Below, in pieces: positions 41,998-54,176 of a stretch of DNA of 64,000 bases; position 1 is the first letter of the stretch, and every line of letters starts with the position of its first letter. Position numbers and translations under genes: made by a program. This stretch comes from Takakia lepidozioides (Eukaryota > Plantae > Bryophyta). The notes beneath the pieces were generated by a model. That model did not search any database. It was not told the origin of the DNA and saw nothing but the letters and a program-made list of their open reading frames with translations. Location: assembly GCA_030704615.1 (NCBI GenBank), contig CM060731.1, positions 65,968,001 to 66,032,000 on the forward strand. Reading direction: 5' to 3'.

Positions 41998-42230
41998 TGT
42001 CTCAGTGGATCCACCGAGTGAAGGTGCTGAGGCAAATTATTTTTTTGCATGTTGTTTAGTAGCCGGCTTTGACTCTGACAGATACTGGTGAATTTTATCC
42101 CATGAATCAGATCAGAGACCGCTGGACACATGATTCGGACAAGCAAGAATAGCGGCTGACTTTGCAGATGCCACATCCTCAGTGACTGCGGTGTGGGTCG
42201 AACCCCTTATGTCTAACATGGATACATGAC

Positions 42231-42784
42231 ATGCCTATATTTAAGTGTCTTGCAAGGGCAACAGGTGTCGAGTTCTCTGCGAGACAGCCCGCAAGCATCC
42301 CGCCGAAAAACGAAAACCCCAATTATGAGCCGTTACGTTTTTGGATGATTAGTCATTCCTTGAGAGGGAGGGATGAAAACCTAACCGCCATCGACTTTTG
42401 TCATTTGCCCGAGGGATGTCTTCGGAGGTTACACTCTGGCGTTCATCATTTCAGACTCGCCACACTGGAGCATCCCAAGTACGAGAGCATTTCCGGAAAG
42501 AAGAGAGCGAGAAGGCAGTCTCTGTACTTCACGTCTGCTAGGCAGAGGTTGAGAGCGAGAGAGAGAGGATGAAGAAAGCTAGGAGGGCTTTGAATTTGTC
42601 AGAGGGAGGGAGCGATCCTGAGGGGGAGGGTTCTGCGGGCGAAGGGATGGAGAGTATGGCAGGGAAGGAGCCCATTCTGGACAAGCAGCTCGAGGATCTG
42701 TTGGAGCTGCCTCTATTGCAACCGATACAGGAAGAGGAAGTCGAAAGGGAGAGCGGTGCTCCTGCGGAGAAGGAGGCAACGTAG
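42231..42784 (+). CDS. Divergent accessory ORF of element A (basic helix + acidic tail; frameshift in a GA run at about 42565)
   Basis: KKRARRQSLYFTSARQRLRARE(R)MKKARRAL matches the ORF at 50964. Confidence 0.65.
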
Positions 42785-43112
42785 CAAAGTCCGCAAAGGG
42801 GCCTGCCGACAAGGGGGCGGCCCTCCTCCATGCAGCTGTCTTTGCGCCCGTTGAAGGAGAAGGCTCAAGCGGAAAGCAGCGTCGGGCTGGGAGAGGACCG
42901 GAGGACACTTCCAGCGGTGGACAGAGTTTAATCCAGGTGAGTTCAGCAGCACATTGACTTTACATGACCTTGTTCCCTGACTCGAAGCGATACGAATAGC
43001 AGTAAGAAACATACATTTGAGTTTTAGATGACTTTGACGATTGCTTAAAACGACATCGCATCATGTCCACCATTGCATTCGCAAGGGTTTCGAACAAGTC
43101 CAGAGCAAGGTG

Positions 43113-44233
43113 ATTAAGCTATCGTTGACGACAACTTAATTTGCCATCTCCGAGAGGCAGAGCTCTTAGTTCTAGCGAGCCCAATGCTGCCGCTGTATGA
43201 GTGCAACAGCCTGCAATATGTACATGATTAAGATGGCGTTGACGACACCTTAATCTGGGCCTGCAATGCTTACCTTCATTATGTTTTTTGGTAGAGAAAG
43301 CGGAAGAACGCCTGGGAGAGTCAGCGTCCGATCTCATCTGTGGATCCTGCAGTTCAAGAGCAGACCATGCCAGAGCAGGGTCATGTCGCTCAGGAGGAGG
43401 AGGTGCAAATAATGCAGTGTCCACGACAGGTCACAGGCAATGAGGAGTAGGAGAAAAACACACAAGTGCCTCCGCAATCCGTGAAGGAAAAGAGCCAGGT
43501 GCAAGGCAGAAGGCGTGCAGTGGGGGGCGGGTCTTCCAGCGGAGGAACGAAGCCAGAGAAGGTTAGTTCATACATTCGAATCCATGGTCTTTGCAACACA
43601 AAGGAGTTAGATTGAGGTGTCGATAACGCTACCTAAAAGGTCACCTTTGCGGGTAAAGGTTTACTTGGGAAGGTTAAAGTGAAGGAAGATTAAGGTGTCG
43701 TTGATGATACCTTAATCTGCCACTACGTTCTATCAAAAATAGGGAGAAAACACCCAAGAACTACAACCATCTGCCACTGCATTTAACTTTGAAAATGGGA
43801 AAATCACCTTGAAAAACAATAGTGTAAGATGTCGTTGCCTCCCCATTGAACCAAAATATTGGCAAAACACCCTAGAACTATAGCAAATTAAGGTGTCGTT
43901 GACGACATCTTAATCTACCGATGAATTGAACCCAAAACATGGGCAAAACAGTCTAGTACTACAACAGATTAAGGTGTCGTCAACGACACCTTAATCTGCC
44001 TCTGCAATCAAAACAAACATGGGAGAAACAGTCTACAACTACAGCAGATTAAGGTGGCATTGACGACATCTTAATCTGCTTCTGCATTCAGTCCAACATA
44101 TGAGAAAAACACCCTACAACTGTAGCACATTAAGATGTCGTTGACGACATCTTAATCTCCAATGATGTGAACCAAATCATCAAAAAATCACTCTGGAGCA
44201 CACTAGAACTATAGCAGATTAAGATGTCGTCAA
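43113..44233. repeat. Right palindrome array of element A (up to 32-bp AGATTAAGRTGTCGT-YR-ACGACAYCTTAATCT, 80-81 bp period)
   Basis: Copies at about 43113, 43226, 43611 (degenerate), 43687, 43885, 43966, 44046, 44127 and 44216 (half). Confidence 0.95.
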
Positions 44234-44302
44234 TCATCGACATAGATTAAAGCACACTCCCAGCGAAGATTGCCCAAGACAATGTCCATGAGGCGTTGGA
44301 AT

Positions 44303-45259
44303 ATATACTCAACCAGTTTTGATGCTCACTTAACTGATCTGCAGCGTGTTTTCAGCAAATTGTGCACTGCAGGTCTCAAAGTAAAGCCCAAGAAGTGTGA
44401 GCTGTTCATACCTGAGCTACACTTCTTTGGTCATATTCTGTCCAAAGATGGTTTGCTTCCTGATCCTGCCAAGCTTGAGTCTGTTTGGGGCTTTCCTATC
44501 CCCAGGGATAAACATTGTATCAAATCCTTCCTTGGTCTGGCTTCTTATTATAGGCGCTTCATAAAGAACTTTGCCAAGCTTGCTCACCCTTTGACCAAGG
44601 TGTTGTGCAAAGATGCCACGTTTGAATGGACCTTCTCCCAGCAGGCTACCTTTGACACCCTTCGCAAGGCTTTGTGTTCAGCTCCCATCCTGATGTTTCC
44701 CAAGTTTGAGTCACATTTCTTGCTTCAGATTGATGCATTAGATGTTGTCATCTCTGCAATCTTATGTCAAGTTGTAGAAGACAAGGAACATGTAATAGCT
44801 TATGCATCTCGTCGTCTAGATCGTCATGAAAAGAATTATTCCATATCTGATAAGGAGGGTCTAGCCCTGGTCGTTGGTGTGAAGCATTTCAGGCTATATT
44901 TACATGGCAACCGGTTTGTGGTAGAGACTGATCATCTTCCACTTAAGGTTCTTGTTAAGCCAAATGAACTTCATGGCAGACTTGCTAGATGGGCTATGTA
45001 CCTGCAGGAATTTGACATGGATATAGTCTACAAGAAGGGCAAGGAAAACTCAAATGCTGATGTGCTCACACGGGTTGATCCTCCTGTCAGTAGGGCTATG
45101 CTCACCTTGGATGACCTTGTTGCTGCTGATGCAGCCCCTCATCTTGATCCTGCCCATCTTCTCAATCTTCTTTGTGCAGATCAGCACCCCTTGGCCTTGG
45201 ATTCCAATGGCATATTGGCTACTTGGGGCTGGTCCAACCTTCTTGATGATCCTAGTTGA
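44303..45259 (+). pseudogene. pol: pol: C-terminal RT and RNase H
   Basis: IYSTSFDAHL...KPKKC...SFLGLASYYRRFIKNFA...LQIDA...IAYASRRL...ETDHLPL...RLARW...NADVLTR. Confidence 0.95.
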
Positions 45260-45739
45260 TTTGTTCATGTGTTAGTATGTGTGGTGGATTTATCGCTTAG
45301 AGAGAATTCGGGTGGTTTGGTGGAAGTTCCTTGTTGTGTTTCAGCTCCTCTCTTTCCTCGGCCCCCGAGTATATTGTAATTCAGTTGCTGCACTTCGGTG
45401 TGACTATTGGCTAAGGCCTGATTTGGCTGTCCATGAGTAGTAACAAATGAGGTGAAGGTATCCCTGACTGGAGATCATAGGTGCAGGCACTCCAGACCAC
45501 CTTCTCTAAAGCTCATTGTCTACCTCTTATGTGCAGTGCAGTCATGGATGATCAGCTACATGTTGCGCTACTCCAGCAATGTCAATCAAGGCGTTCGCCA
45601 GCTGGCCTTTCCGAGTCCTTGCGTAAACAAATTCTGTATCATGTGTCTACTCACCGTTTCATGGGTGATAAGCTTTTCAAGGAGCTCACTAGAGGGGGAG
45701 TGCCATGCTACTTGGAGGTGCCACCACGGAGCTAGCTGA

Positions 45740-46815
45740 ATGCTTTATTGGAGCGTTTCCATTGTTCCTTGTATGCAGGTCACCTTGGTATCAAGAAAAC
45801 TGTGGCCCGCATCCAAGAGGTTTACTATTGGCTGGGCATTCACCGAGACGTCACGGAGTTCATCTCTAAGTGTGAAGGTTGTCGTACTAACATTGCTCTC
45901 CCTAGGGCCCGGACCTTGTATGAGCTGTAGCCTTTGCCTGTCACCCATGCTTTTGCTCGTGTTGGCATTGACTTAGTAGGACCCCTCGCACTCACATCAA
46001 AGGGTCGAAGCTACCTTTGTGTTGCTACCGACTTACTTGACTAAGTGGGTAGAAGTCCGGCATTTACATTCTAAGGCTAGTGATGCTGTAGCTCAGTTCT
46101 TCTTCAATGAGATCCTTATGCGGCATGGGTGTCCTCGGGAGAACAGCCCCATATCATCCCCAGACCAATGGCCTTACGGAACCCTTCAACCAAACTCTTT
46201 GCCGAATGTTGGAGAAGAATGGCGCACTTACCAGGAAGTGGGATACCTTTCTTCCCCCCTATTCTCTTTGTTTATCGCACCGTCGTGCATGCTAGCACCA
46301 AGAAGACTCATTTTGAGTTGTTGTATGGTCGCAAGTGTGTCTCTCCTTTGCATTCCACCCCTCTTATCTCTACTGTTGTTGATCCGGTTGATCTTGACAC
46401 TTTTGTTGAGGATCTTCATGCTCGGCATGCGGTGTCTATCCATGATGCCAAAACGAACATTGGTAAGGCTCAACTAACCCACGCCCGTAATTTTAACAAG
46501 CGTGTCAAGTATTCTAACCTGTTTCAGGTGGGACAAACCGTGTGCGTTCGATTACAGCATGGTAAGCATGCATGCAAAGCTAAGCTCAAGATCAACAGTC
46601 CATACTTGATCTATCAGCTTTTACGTGGGCGACGTGCTCTCCTTCTTCCACAAGGTTCTAATACTGAAGTGCGGGATGAACCTATTTCCTTGACGGACTT
46701 GGTGCATTACGAGCTAGTTTTTGATCTTACATGTATCAATGTGGAGGGGCGCACGGTGGGGTTGATGTCCTTGCCGATCTACTTCAGCTTGATCCTCTTC
46801 TCTTCAGCGGCTTAG
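45740..46815 (+). pseudogene. pol: pol: integrase (disrupted)
   Basis: HHCC finger (FHCS..GHLG...CEGC), IDLVGPL, YHPQTNGLTE. Has a stop, frameshifts and a deletion after GCPRE that removes the second Asp region. Confidence 0.9.
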
Positions 46816-47058
46816 TATTAGCTTGCGGATGGTGACTCTTGGGGTCCTAGGACTTGATCTCTCTAGGCCTTAGAAATATTTTAGTTTCATGGTATATATC
46901 ACCATCTGCACTCCCTGCACGGTTTTCCTAGCCAAGGGTTTTGTCCTCGGCCCAACTTGCAGGTGCCAGGTTTTCCCTTGGTAGGTTTCTCACCCAGCGG
47001 TGGAGGGTGATATTTTCTTATTATTTATTTTCCCTTCACGGAGCTCAGGATTTTTCGT

Positions 47059-47064
47059 GGGGGG
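47059..47064 (+). other. Short polypurine tract (G6), 13 nt upstream of the 3' LTR TG
   Basis: GTGGGGGGT-AGGCTTCACA-TA-TGTAATG. Confidence 0.6.
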
Positions 47065-47077
47065 TAGGCTTCACATA

Positions 47078-47542
47078 TGTAATGCCCCATATTTGCTTAG
47101 CCTAGAAATGACCCGTTTCATCCAAAACGGCAATACACATAGTATAATTTTTTGGCGTATAATGCCGTGAAACCGTTACAATTATATCTAGGTTAGGGTT
47201 AGTTTTGGCTGGTGGCCACATCCTGGCCCTTCATCAGATCTAGGGTTACAAAGCGGCACCGTGGGTTTTGGCTTGTGACGCCTCGCCACGCGGCGAGCAA
47301 CTAAAGCCATGGCTTTTGTATAAAGACGGCGCCCTAACACAAGGTCAGGGCGGTGTATTCGGGTGTTAGTGTATATGTGATTTCGGTGTACAAGTTTTCG
47401 ATGAGAGCTCCTGTGTGTCAGATCCGCCTGCTTGATCCTCCTCTCGCGCATTGCCTGCTCTTTCCGCTTGCCCTTTTGTTGTGAAAACTTGTTTCTTGAG
47501 AGGAAGGGAGTATATGCTTCAAGCTCGTTTTGAGGCTTCACA
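47078..47542 (+). repeat. 3' LTR
   Basis: TGTAATG...GTTTTG-AGGCTTCACA, then the TSD. Confidence 0.95.
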
Positions 47543-47589
47543 ATCTACACAACCCCTCAAACAACACATGCAAGTGCAACGACGCTACC

Positions 47590-47700
47590 GCGTGAGCTCG
47601 GCGCGTGAGCGTGTGAGCGTACGCTCACACAACGATGACGTGGCGTGAGCCTACGCTCACGCTGCTGACATGGCGCTGATGCTGACATGGCGTGAGCCTA
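47590..47700. repeat. GTGAGC/GCTCAC motif cluster (similar clusters at 36924-36992 and 58915-59000)
   Basis: Multiple head-to-head GTGAGC..GCTCAC motifs. Confidence 0.8.
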
Positions 47701-47853
47701 GTCCAGGTCATCACCACAAAGAAGGTGGGCCTATAACCGTGGAGCCCCCAACTGCTGATTTCACCACATGAAGGTGAAACGGATGAAGGGTTTTGGGCTT
47801 TCCTGGAGTTCAACCTTCTGTTAACAGGAGCTTCATTTTGTAGAACTGAAATG

Positions 47854-48043
47854 AACCTTGTGTCGACACAAGGGGGATTTGGAGAACTTCAAGTAAACCT
47901 CGTGTTAACACGAGGTTGTTTTCCTGGAACAAAAATGAACTTCGTGTTGACACGATGTTGTTTTCTGAGAACTAAAATCAACCTTGTGTCGACACAAGGG
48001 GGATTTGGAGAACTTCAAGTAAACCTCGTGTTGACACGAGGTT
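47854..48043. repeat. Palindrome array of element B: 5 x AACCTYGTGT-YR-ACACRAGG(TT), exact 42-bp period
   Basis: Copies at 47854, 47896, 47938, 47980, 48022. Confidence 0.95.
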
Positions 48044-48225
48044 GATTTGATCATCTTTCTATCTGAAGGTAGTTTTTTGTGTTTGCTAATGAAAAAAGAA
48101 TGACAAACCAATGCGACAAATACATTGACCCACGCATAGCAAAGATGTTAGACGACATACATTGAGAGACACTAGACTTGAACAGTCATTCCATTACAAG
48201 TTGTAGTCAAGGAAAACACAGATTT

Positions 48226-50381
48226 TTATGGGGTTGTATCCCGCTGTAGAAGTGTGTTGACTTCGTTGAAACTCATAGTGGCTTGGTGAATGAAGAAGTT
48301 GCGCTTTGGATCACAAACCATCCTTCTCAAGAAGGTGAATGCAAACCACTCACCGTTGTCATGGACACTCCCCACTGTCGGTAACGGAAGTGCCAAAATG
48401 CGAACCAGTCTTGCAGTGCCCTCATGCTGTCCTCCGATGCCGCTCCAGATGAGTACCACCAGGCACGAATTGTCTGGAACAATGTATTCGCTTCCCCCAT
48501 AGATTTGGCGTCTTTGTACTGTTTGCACAGTTGACGATGCATAGTCTGCATATCTGGCTTGATGTATGTCTTTGTGTGTTTGTCCAGGGATTGTGTCCAA
48601 TGAAAAAGACACGTACGTTCTCTTCCAGGCATTGGCACTTTTGGATCTCCCGTCCCAAACACAATGCGGACAGCGTTGAAGTTAGCTTGAGCACTATCGG
48701 CCATGAAACCAACGAAATTGGGAGATGGGAGACCATCGGAGGCCATAACACAAATGAGAGCTTCCCACATGAGCTGTTGTGAATCTGTGTCCTCTGACTA
48801 CATGTCACACACTGCAATTGTCATGACCCGCTGGTACACAGGGTCGTAAACATGACATGCCATTGTGGTCCAGTCTTTAACCCTCTTGACATGATCGAAC
48901 ATAAGGAAGCAGTTGCCAAGATTGCCACCCTTTTGCATATGTTTAACCAGGCTGACCCCGCTGCCCTCACCTTTTGTGGACATTTTGAACAAGAACACTT
49001 TCCTGGCTCATTGTCCCGGGAAAACGCTGTCTTGGATGTAGTCGTACATACTCATTTTCTTCAAATCCATAATATTGTCCATATAACCTCAGCTCCCAGA
49101 GCCCATTCTTAAAGCGTTCACCTGATTCCTAATGTTTGGAGAAGTCAAAGTTGAGAAATGGTCCATAACAGTGTCCAAAGCTGGTCCCTCCAATATTCCT
49201 CCAATCGAATTTGATGCACACAGAATACGGCTTTCCAGAAAGGACTTGCTCGCCCCCATGGCAATTGCAGATGTGGTTCCAGTTGGATTGGTATCCAACT
49301 CTTGCCTTATCAGACGCGAGACTGTGTCAACGCTCTCCCTATAATCCCCCTTGGACACAGGGTGGTTGTGAAAACCGAAATGGGCACAGGCTCTAGTCAG
49401 GGTTTTGAATCGATGCACCACATAATACATTCTGGCGCCACACAAAGCAAGGCAGCAAGGTGGTACCCTACAGAACTTGCACACAAAAGTGTTACTGTAT
49501 GGTGGTGTCACCCCAGGCTTGAATGGATTCTCACTAACACCATCCCATTCGCTTTGGTTTTGCACACCTGACAATGCGAAGTGTCTGCATTTCATGTTCT
49601 CGCATTTCAGGTGCCCATTACAGACTATTCGCCTGAATATGAGTTTGTCGTTCTTGTGAATATTGGAGGTTTTTGTACGGCACCAAGGGTGCCCATCGTG
49701 CTTTTTGTCCATTCCTTCCAGGAGACTGGAAATGACCCCCACGCGACCAGGAGGAGGTAGCTTGAAAACAGTATTACCATCAAAAGATTCCGGCAAGAAT
49801 GCCACCCTCTGAATATTGAAAGTGCTCCAGTCTATCCCCCTCAACTCACTCTTGAATCCTGCCATCCCACCCATGGCTTTCAGTTTAGGAATGACACTGG
49901 TGATCTCCTCCACATCTGCTTCTACATGTGGACATGGCTGATCCACGGGCGGTATTGCACATGTATCATCGGAGGATGAGTCTGAAAGCTCAACCACAGT
50001 GTTAACGCTACTCGTCTCCTTCTTGACAACCACGGGTGTTTTCTCCTGGGCCACTGATGCTACCGTGCCAGGAGTTACGAACGATCCTGCAGACTGTCTC
50101 AGAGGAGCACTAAGCACCCTGTATCTGCCTGGAGGCACTCTCCATTGTGTGGTTGGTGCAGTATGCAAAGGTTTCTGGAACGCGTACTTGACCAGTTTTC
50201 CATTGGCATCGTACACTTCCCTCTGAACGAATAGACTTCCATTTTCCAACCGAAACTGCGTTGCGAGGACGAGTTCATGCACCACCGCAAAACCATCATC
50301 TTCCACCTCGTAAGAAAATGGCACAGGGTGGTCCTCACTGAAGAAGTCCGCGTCAAGGGAGCCCATGGCCTGGGAGGCCAT
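48226..50381 (-). pseudogene. MULE-type transposase B, diverged homologue of A, internally deleted
   Basis: Same GMDKKHDGHPWCRTKTSNI, FDHVKRVK.WTTMACHVYDP, FMADSAQAN and ERTCLFHW motifs. Same donor after MTT (about 48354), then jumps straight to the C-terminal tail (RMVCDP...IHQATM). Confidence 0.88.
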
Positions 50382-50963
50382 ATGTCGATGTTGCTTCAGA
50401 AAGTAGAGTTCACAGTCCGATGGTGCTTCTGAATGCAGGTTGTGTGGGAGCGGAGTTTTTGGCGTCCTCGCACACAATTGCAAGTATCGCTCCGGCTTGC
50501 AGATCTGCTAATCCTAGAATCCAACTATTTTTTTTACAAGTGCCCCACCAGTGCATTAGTTGAAAGATTGACTGACAGAGCCGCCATTTGGTTGTCATGT
50601 CAGAGAGTCCAGAAGAGATGCCCATTTCCATTTAATTTTAACGGCACCTGCACCGCTGTACAACTGTACATTCTTCACATTCCTCTGGAACATCCCAGAA
50701 GATATTACCCAAAAATGAACTTTTTCAGATGAGAGGTGATTAGACCCCAACGAATTTTGGATGGATGAGGATCCAATGATCTCCGCCGATATACAGAACG
50801 ATGATATGGACACGTGTTCGCCATGCATGTGGAACGAGTCAGTGGCGCACTGAACGTTGCAAGTGAACATCTTGGCGTTGAAGGCCTTGCGATGAACCTC
50901 CGATAGTCCTCTTTTTCCCCTCTTCTCCTTATTGTCTTTGCAACCCTGGATTCTGCAGAGACA

Positions 50964-51360
50964 GTGACCCCATTCCGAGGGAGAAGCAAGCGTCGAAGAA
51001 CACTTTATTTCACATCAAACAAGCAAAGGGCACGCGCTAAGGGGAGGATGAGAAAGGCGAGACGGGAACTTAGAATGGGAGAAGAAACCTCCGGCGTAGA
51101 GGAAGACGAAGGGCAAAACAAGATTCTGCAACCACAGTGTGGAGAGGAAGGTCTTGAAGTGATCCCGGGGGCGACCGATGAGCAACCTCCAATAGAAGGG
51201 GGGGAGGACGAGGAAGTGAGCTGGGCTCGGGAGAAAGCTGCGAGTGGAGAACCAGGTCTTCAAAGAGCAGGGAGAACAAACGGACGCGGAAACGCTGCCG
51301 TCTGCCCTTGTTTCGCACAACCGGGACCTCCTTGGAAGCATGCTACCTCCAGACCCCATG
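50964..51360 (+). CDS. Divergent accessory ORF of element B
   Basis: RSKRRRTLYFTSNKQRARAKGRMRKARREL plus acidic tail. True start and end are uncertain. Confidence 0.6.
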
Positions 51361-51467
51361 GAAAAATTGAATACGTCAGGAGCATCATCAAGTGCAAAGA
51401 AGAATCCGGTGGTGGCTATGAACTCTCTTTTTCTCTCTCTGTTTCTGTCTGGTTCATGCTAGGCATT

Positions 51468-51513
51468 GAGGTCGACATCAACCTTGCGTCAACGCAAGGT
51501 TGAAGTCGACCTC
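51468..51513. repeat. 46-bp near-perfect palindrome of the B type
   Basis: GAGGTCGACATCAACCTTGCGT-CA-ACGCAAGGTTGAAGTCGACCTC. Confidence 0.9.
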
Positions 51514-53116
51514 CTAAGTGTATATGTTGGGCATCAAAACAGTGCAGATGTTGCACTACAATCAAGCTAGACAGACATGGATGCTTGCGACGCTTTAGAA
51601 GTTTCCAGAACTATGTGCCCATGTTATGGCACGTGGCACCCAAGTGGGGCCCATGCCATTTACCACTTGGCCTAGAATGCAGGCTGCCACTTCTATACGG
51701 ACAACCACTTAAGCGTCGGCTGGCCTTTCGTCGATTGATTTTTTGGACGTTTGGGGCAGATATTTTGTTTTTCCTAGAAAACATCTTAGTTGTAACAACT
51801 ACACAACCAAGCTCATAGAGCTCTAAGTATTCTTTTCGTGGAGAACTTGTGTAATCTTTTGCTCAATATGCTTAGCTTGTAGAACACTTCCAATGAATTG
51901 AACTGACATGCTACTAGCTGAAATCTATATGTCAACAAATTAATTTTTGATGAAGATACGTTGATGCACACTATGGAAGCCTCAGATGCGTACATTTGCA
52001 CATACATTCATAAAAAAATTCCATCATTTGGATTGAAAAAAACCATCAACACTTGAGATTAAAGCCAATGTGTCTACAACTAGTGCATGTACATACCACC
52101 TATTTAGCAACTCATAGTATCATCATCATGTATTTTTTTCGAAAAAAATAAAAATAAAACCTAAAATTTTCTAAATTTGTTGTCTCCACTTAATTTTCAT
52201 AGTTACATTTTGCACTTTAAATTGCATACATCCACTCATTTCAGATCACACTATCTTTTTTCATGAATAACATCAATGTGAAGAATGTTAATTGGTATAG
52301 GCACAACCCGCCTAGGTGATTAACCTTGAAGTCAAAATTGACGTAGATCCCATATTCTTTGGAGTACTTCAGGATGAATCGAGGGGCTTCATATTGTACA
52401 AGGATGGTGATACTATACTTCTGCACAGACATCCTTTTAGGAGGCATCATGAGCCTCCGCACTAACCATATATCAATCGGTATATGACCGTTATAAGCTG
52501 AACTGTCGGCTTCCCTTCACAAGTCACGCCATCTTGATCAATCTCAAGGTGAGCCTTCTGATTTTTGAAGAGGACAATGTGCTCATGTGCATGCTAGAAA
52601 AGACTCAAGTGCTCAAACATCTTCGGAGACGTTGTTTTGGATGGCCGAGATTTCGAATGTCAAAAGTCTTTGTCATATGGGCTGTGTCGAAGATTGTGGT
52701 CCTAGTTGCAGATAACAGGGCAGTTGTTTGTTCTGAAGATGACGACTCTTCGTGTTCTTCCCTGGATCTTTACATGCATGTGAGATTCCTTCTACACCTG
52801 ACCTAACCTCAAAGACCATCCCCTACACTAACTGACATACGAGTTCAAAGGTACCATGGATGTGACGTTTGTTGATAGGGCCTTAGCTGTTTTTTTAGGA
52901 ACAGGATTGAAGTGCATCTTCGAGTTGAAGAAAAGCAAGGAATTGGTGAATAAAAATGCACAGTTGCATACTCTTATCTTACATGTTGTTTCCAAACAAT
53001 ATTTGAGACCTATTGCTATGCTTACGGACCTTGTTGATACATGGATCTTGTATTGGATGGATCGCTTAACTATCTACTTCCATCCGATTAGACGACAAGA
53101 GCTTATGAATACCTGA

Positions 53117-53304
53117 CAATCGAGGGTCGTCCTTGCCACACCATCTTCCTCTTCAGCACCTATCGTGCATGTTGGTGCGTGTGTTGGGGTCAACGGTCGC
53201 TGGCATGTAAAGGAGGGAACATCCTGTGCCTCATACAGCCCTTGGCAATATGGCCAAAGTGTTTTAAGCAAGTAGTCTAAACCCTCTGTCTCATATAACA
53301 CCAT
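53117..53304 (-). pseudogene. Fragment resembling the C-terminus of the FCP1-like domain
   Basis: LLKTLWPYCQGLYEAQDVPSF versus MIKTIWPFMHNMITTSSVVDC in the neighbouring gene. Confidence 0.45.
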
Positions 53305-54176
53305 TTTAACTAAATCCGGACTTGCAAGGAGTCCAGATTTAATGAAATACGGAGCTAATATGAAGCTAATACAGAGATCAAATTTTAAAATTAATGTAAT
53401 TCTGTATATTTATATTATATAATAATCATATCATATAAAGTTAATTATTAAAAAACCCCATTTTTATATTCAATTTCCACTTCGAATGTGAATTCGAACT
53501 CATTCATATCTATGTTTTGTAGAAAAAGTTGTCGTATATTTAATCTTCGAACACTTAGAGCAATGATATAACATTCCGTCAACACAATATGTTTGCAGCA
53601 ATATCCCAAAGTAGAACCAAACACAAAAGAATATCATTCAATCACAAAAGATGTTTATATTTTATTCAAAAAATGAAGCCATGGTTGGTACTAACACATT
53701 AATATGTCTTGTACCACGCAGTGATACATATGAATATCATCTTATCAAAATAGAAAGTCTATTTTCGACATAAGGCTGATTTGAACCATAATGTACTAGA
53801 TTTTTTTTGTTTATACTACTATACAATGTTCGGGCGTGACCAAGATTCGTAAAATGTTGAGTCAGATTCTCCTTGCAATGACGATTCATTTGCAAGACGA
53901 CTATCATGCAAAAGAGGCATAACTTTGTGTCATCGTTTACTTATAATACCCCGTTTCGATGTACACTTGCCGATGTGAAGACCGTTAAGAAGAATCTCAA
54001 TATGACTTCCGACGCCTGTAGAGATAGTTCTATTCTCGCTATGGTGGAACATAGTACCATCCGAATTAACACTAGCAACAACACTGCGTGAAATTGAAGA
54101 TGCAGATGTGCGCGATTCCGATTTCAACAATTGAATTGAGGCCTTCTTCTGTCGAATGATGCTTCGCAATTCCTCC

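Larger units (their letters stand above)
36901..44300 (-). mobile_element. Mutator-like element A (about 7.4 kb, no TIR seen) nested in the retrotransposon
   Basis: Foreign block between gag and mid-RT containing a transposase pseudogene, an accessory ORF and palindrome arrays on both sides. Ends are approximate (about 20 bp). Confidence 0.8.
33384..47542 (+). mobile_element. Ty3/gypsy LTR retrotransposon (defective), with a nested Mutator-like element
   Basis: TG...CA ends, 4-bp TSD ATCT (33380-33383, 47543-47546), two LTRs of about 460 bp differing at roughly 20 positions by eye, domain order gag-RT-RNaseH-integrase. Confidence 0.95.

Noticed and set aside
43687-44233. CRISPR array (palindromic repeats of about 30 bp with spacers of about 49 bp)
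   Set aside because: The spacers are homologous to each other, there are no cas genes, and the context is a eukaryotic TE. The same applies to the other arrays.
36901-44300. Helitron or TIR ends for element A
   Set aside because: No Rep/helicase, no TC...CTRR ends with a hairpin, and no terminal inverted repeat found.
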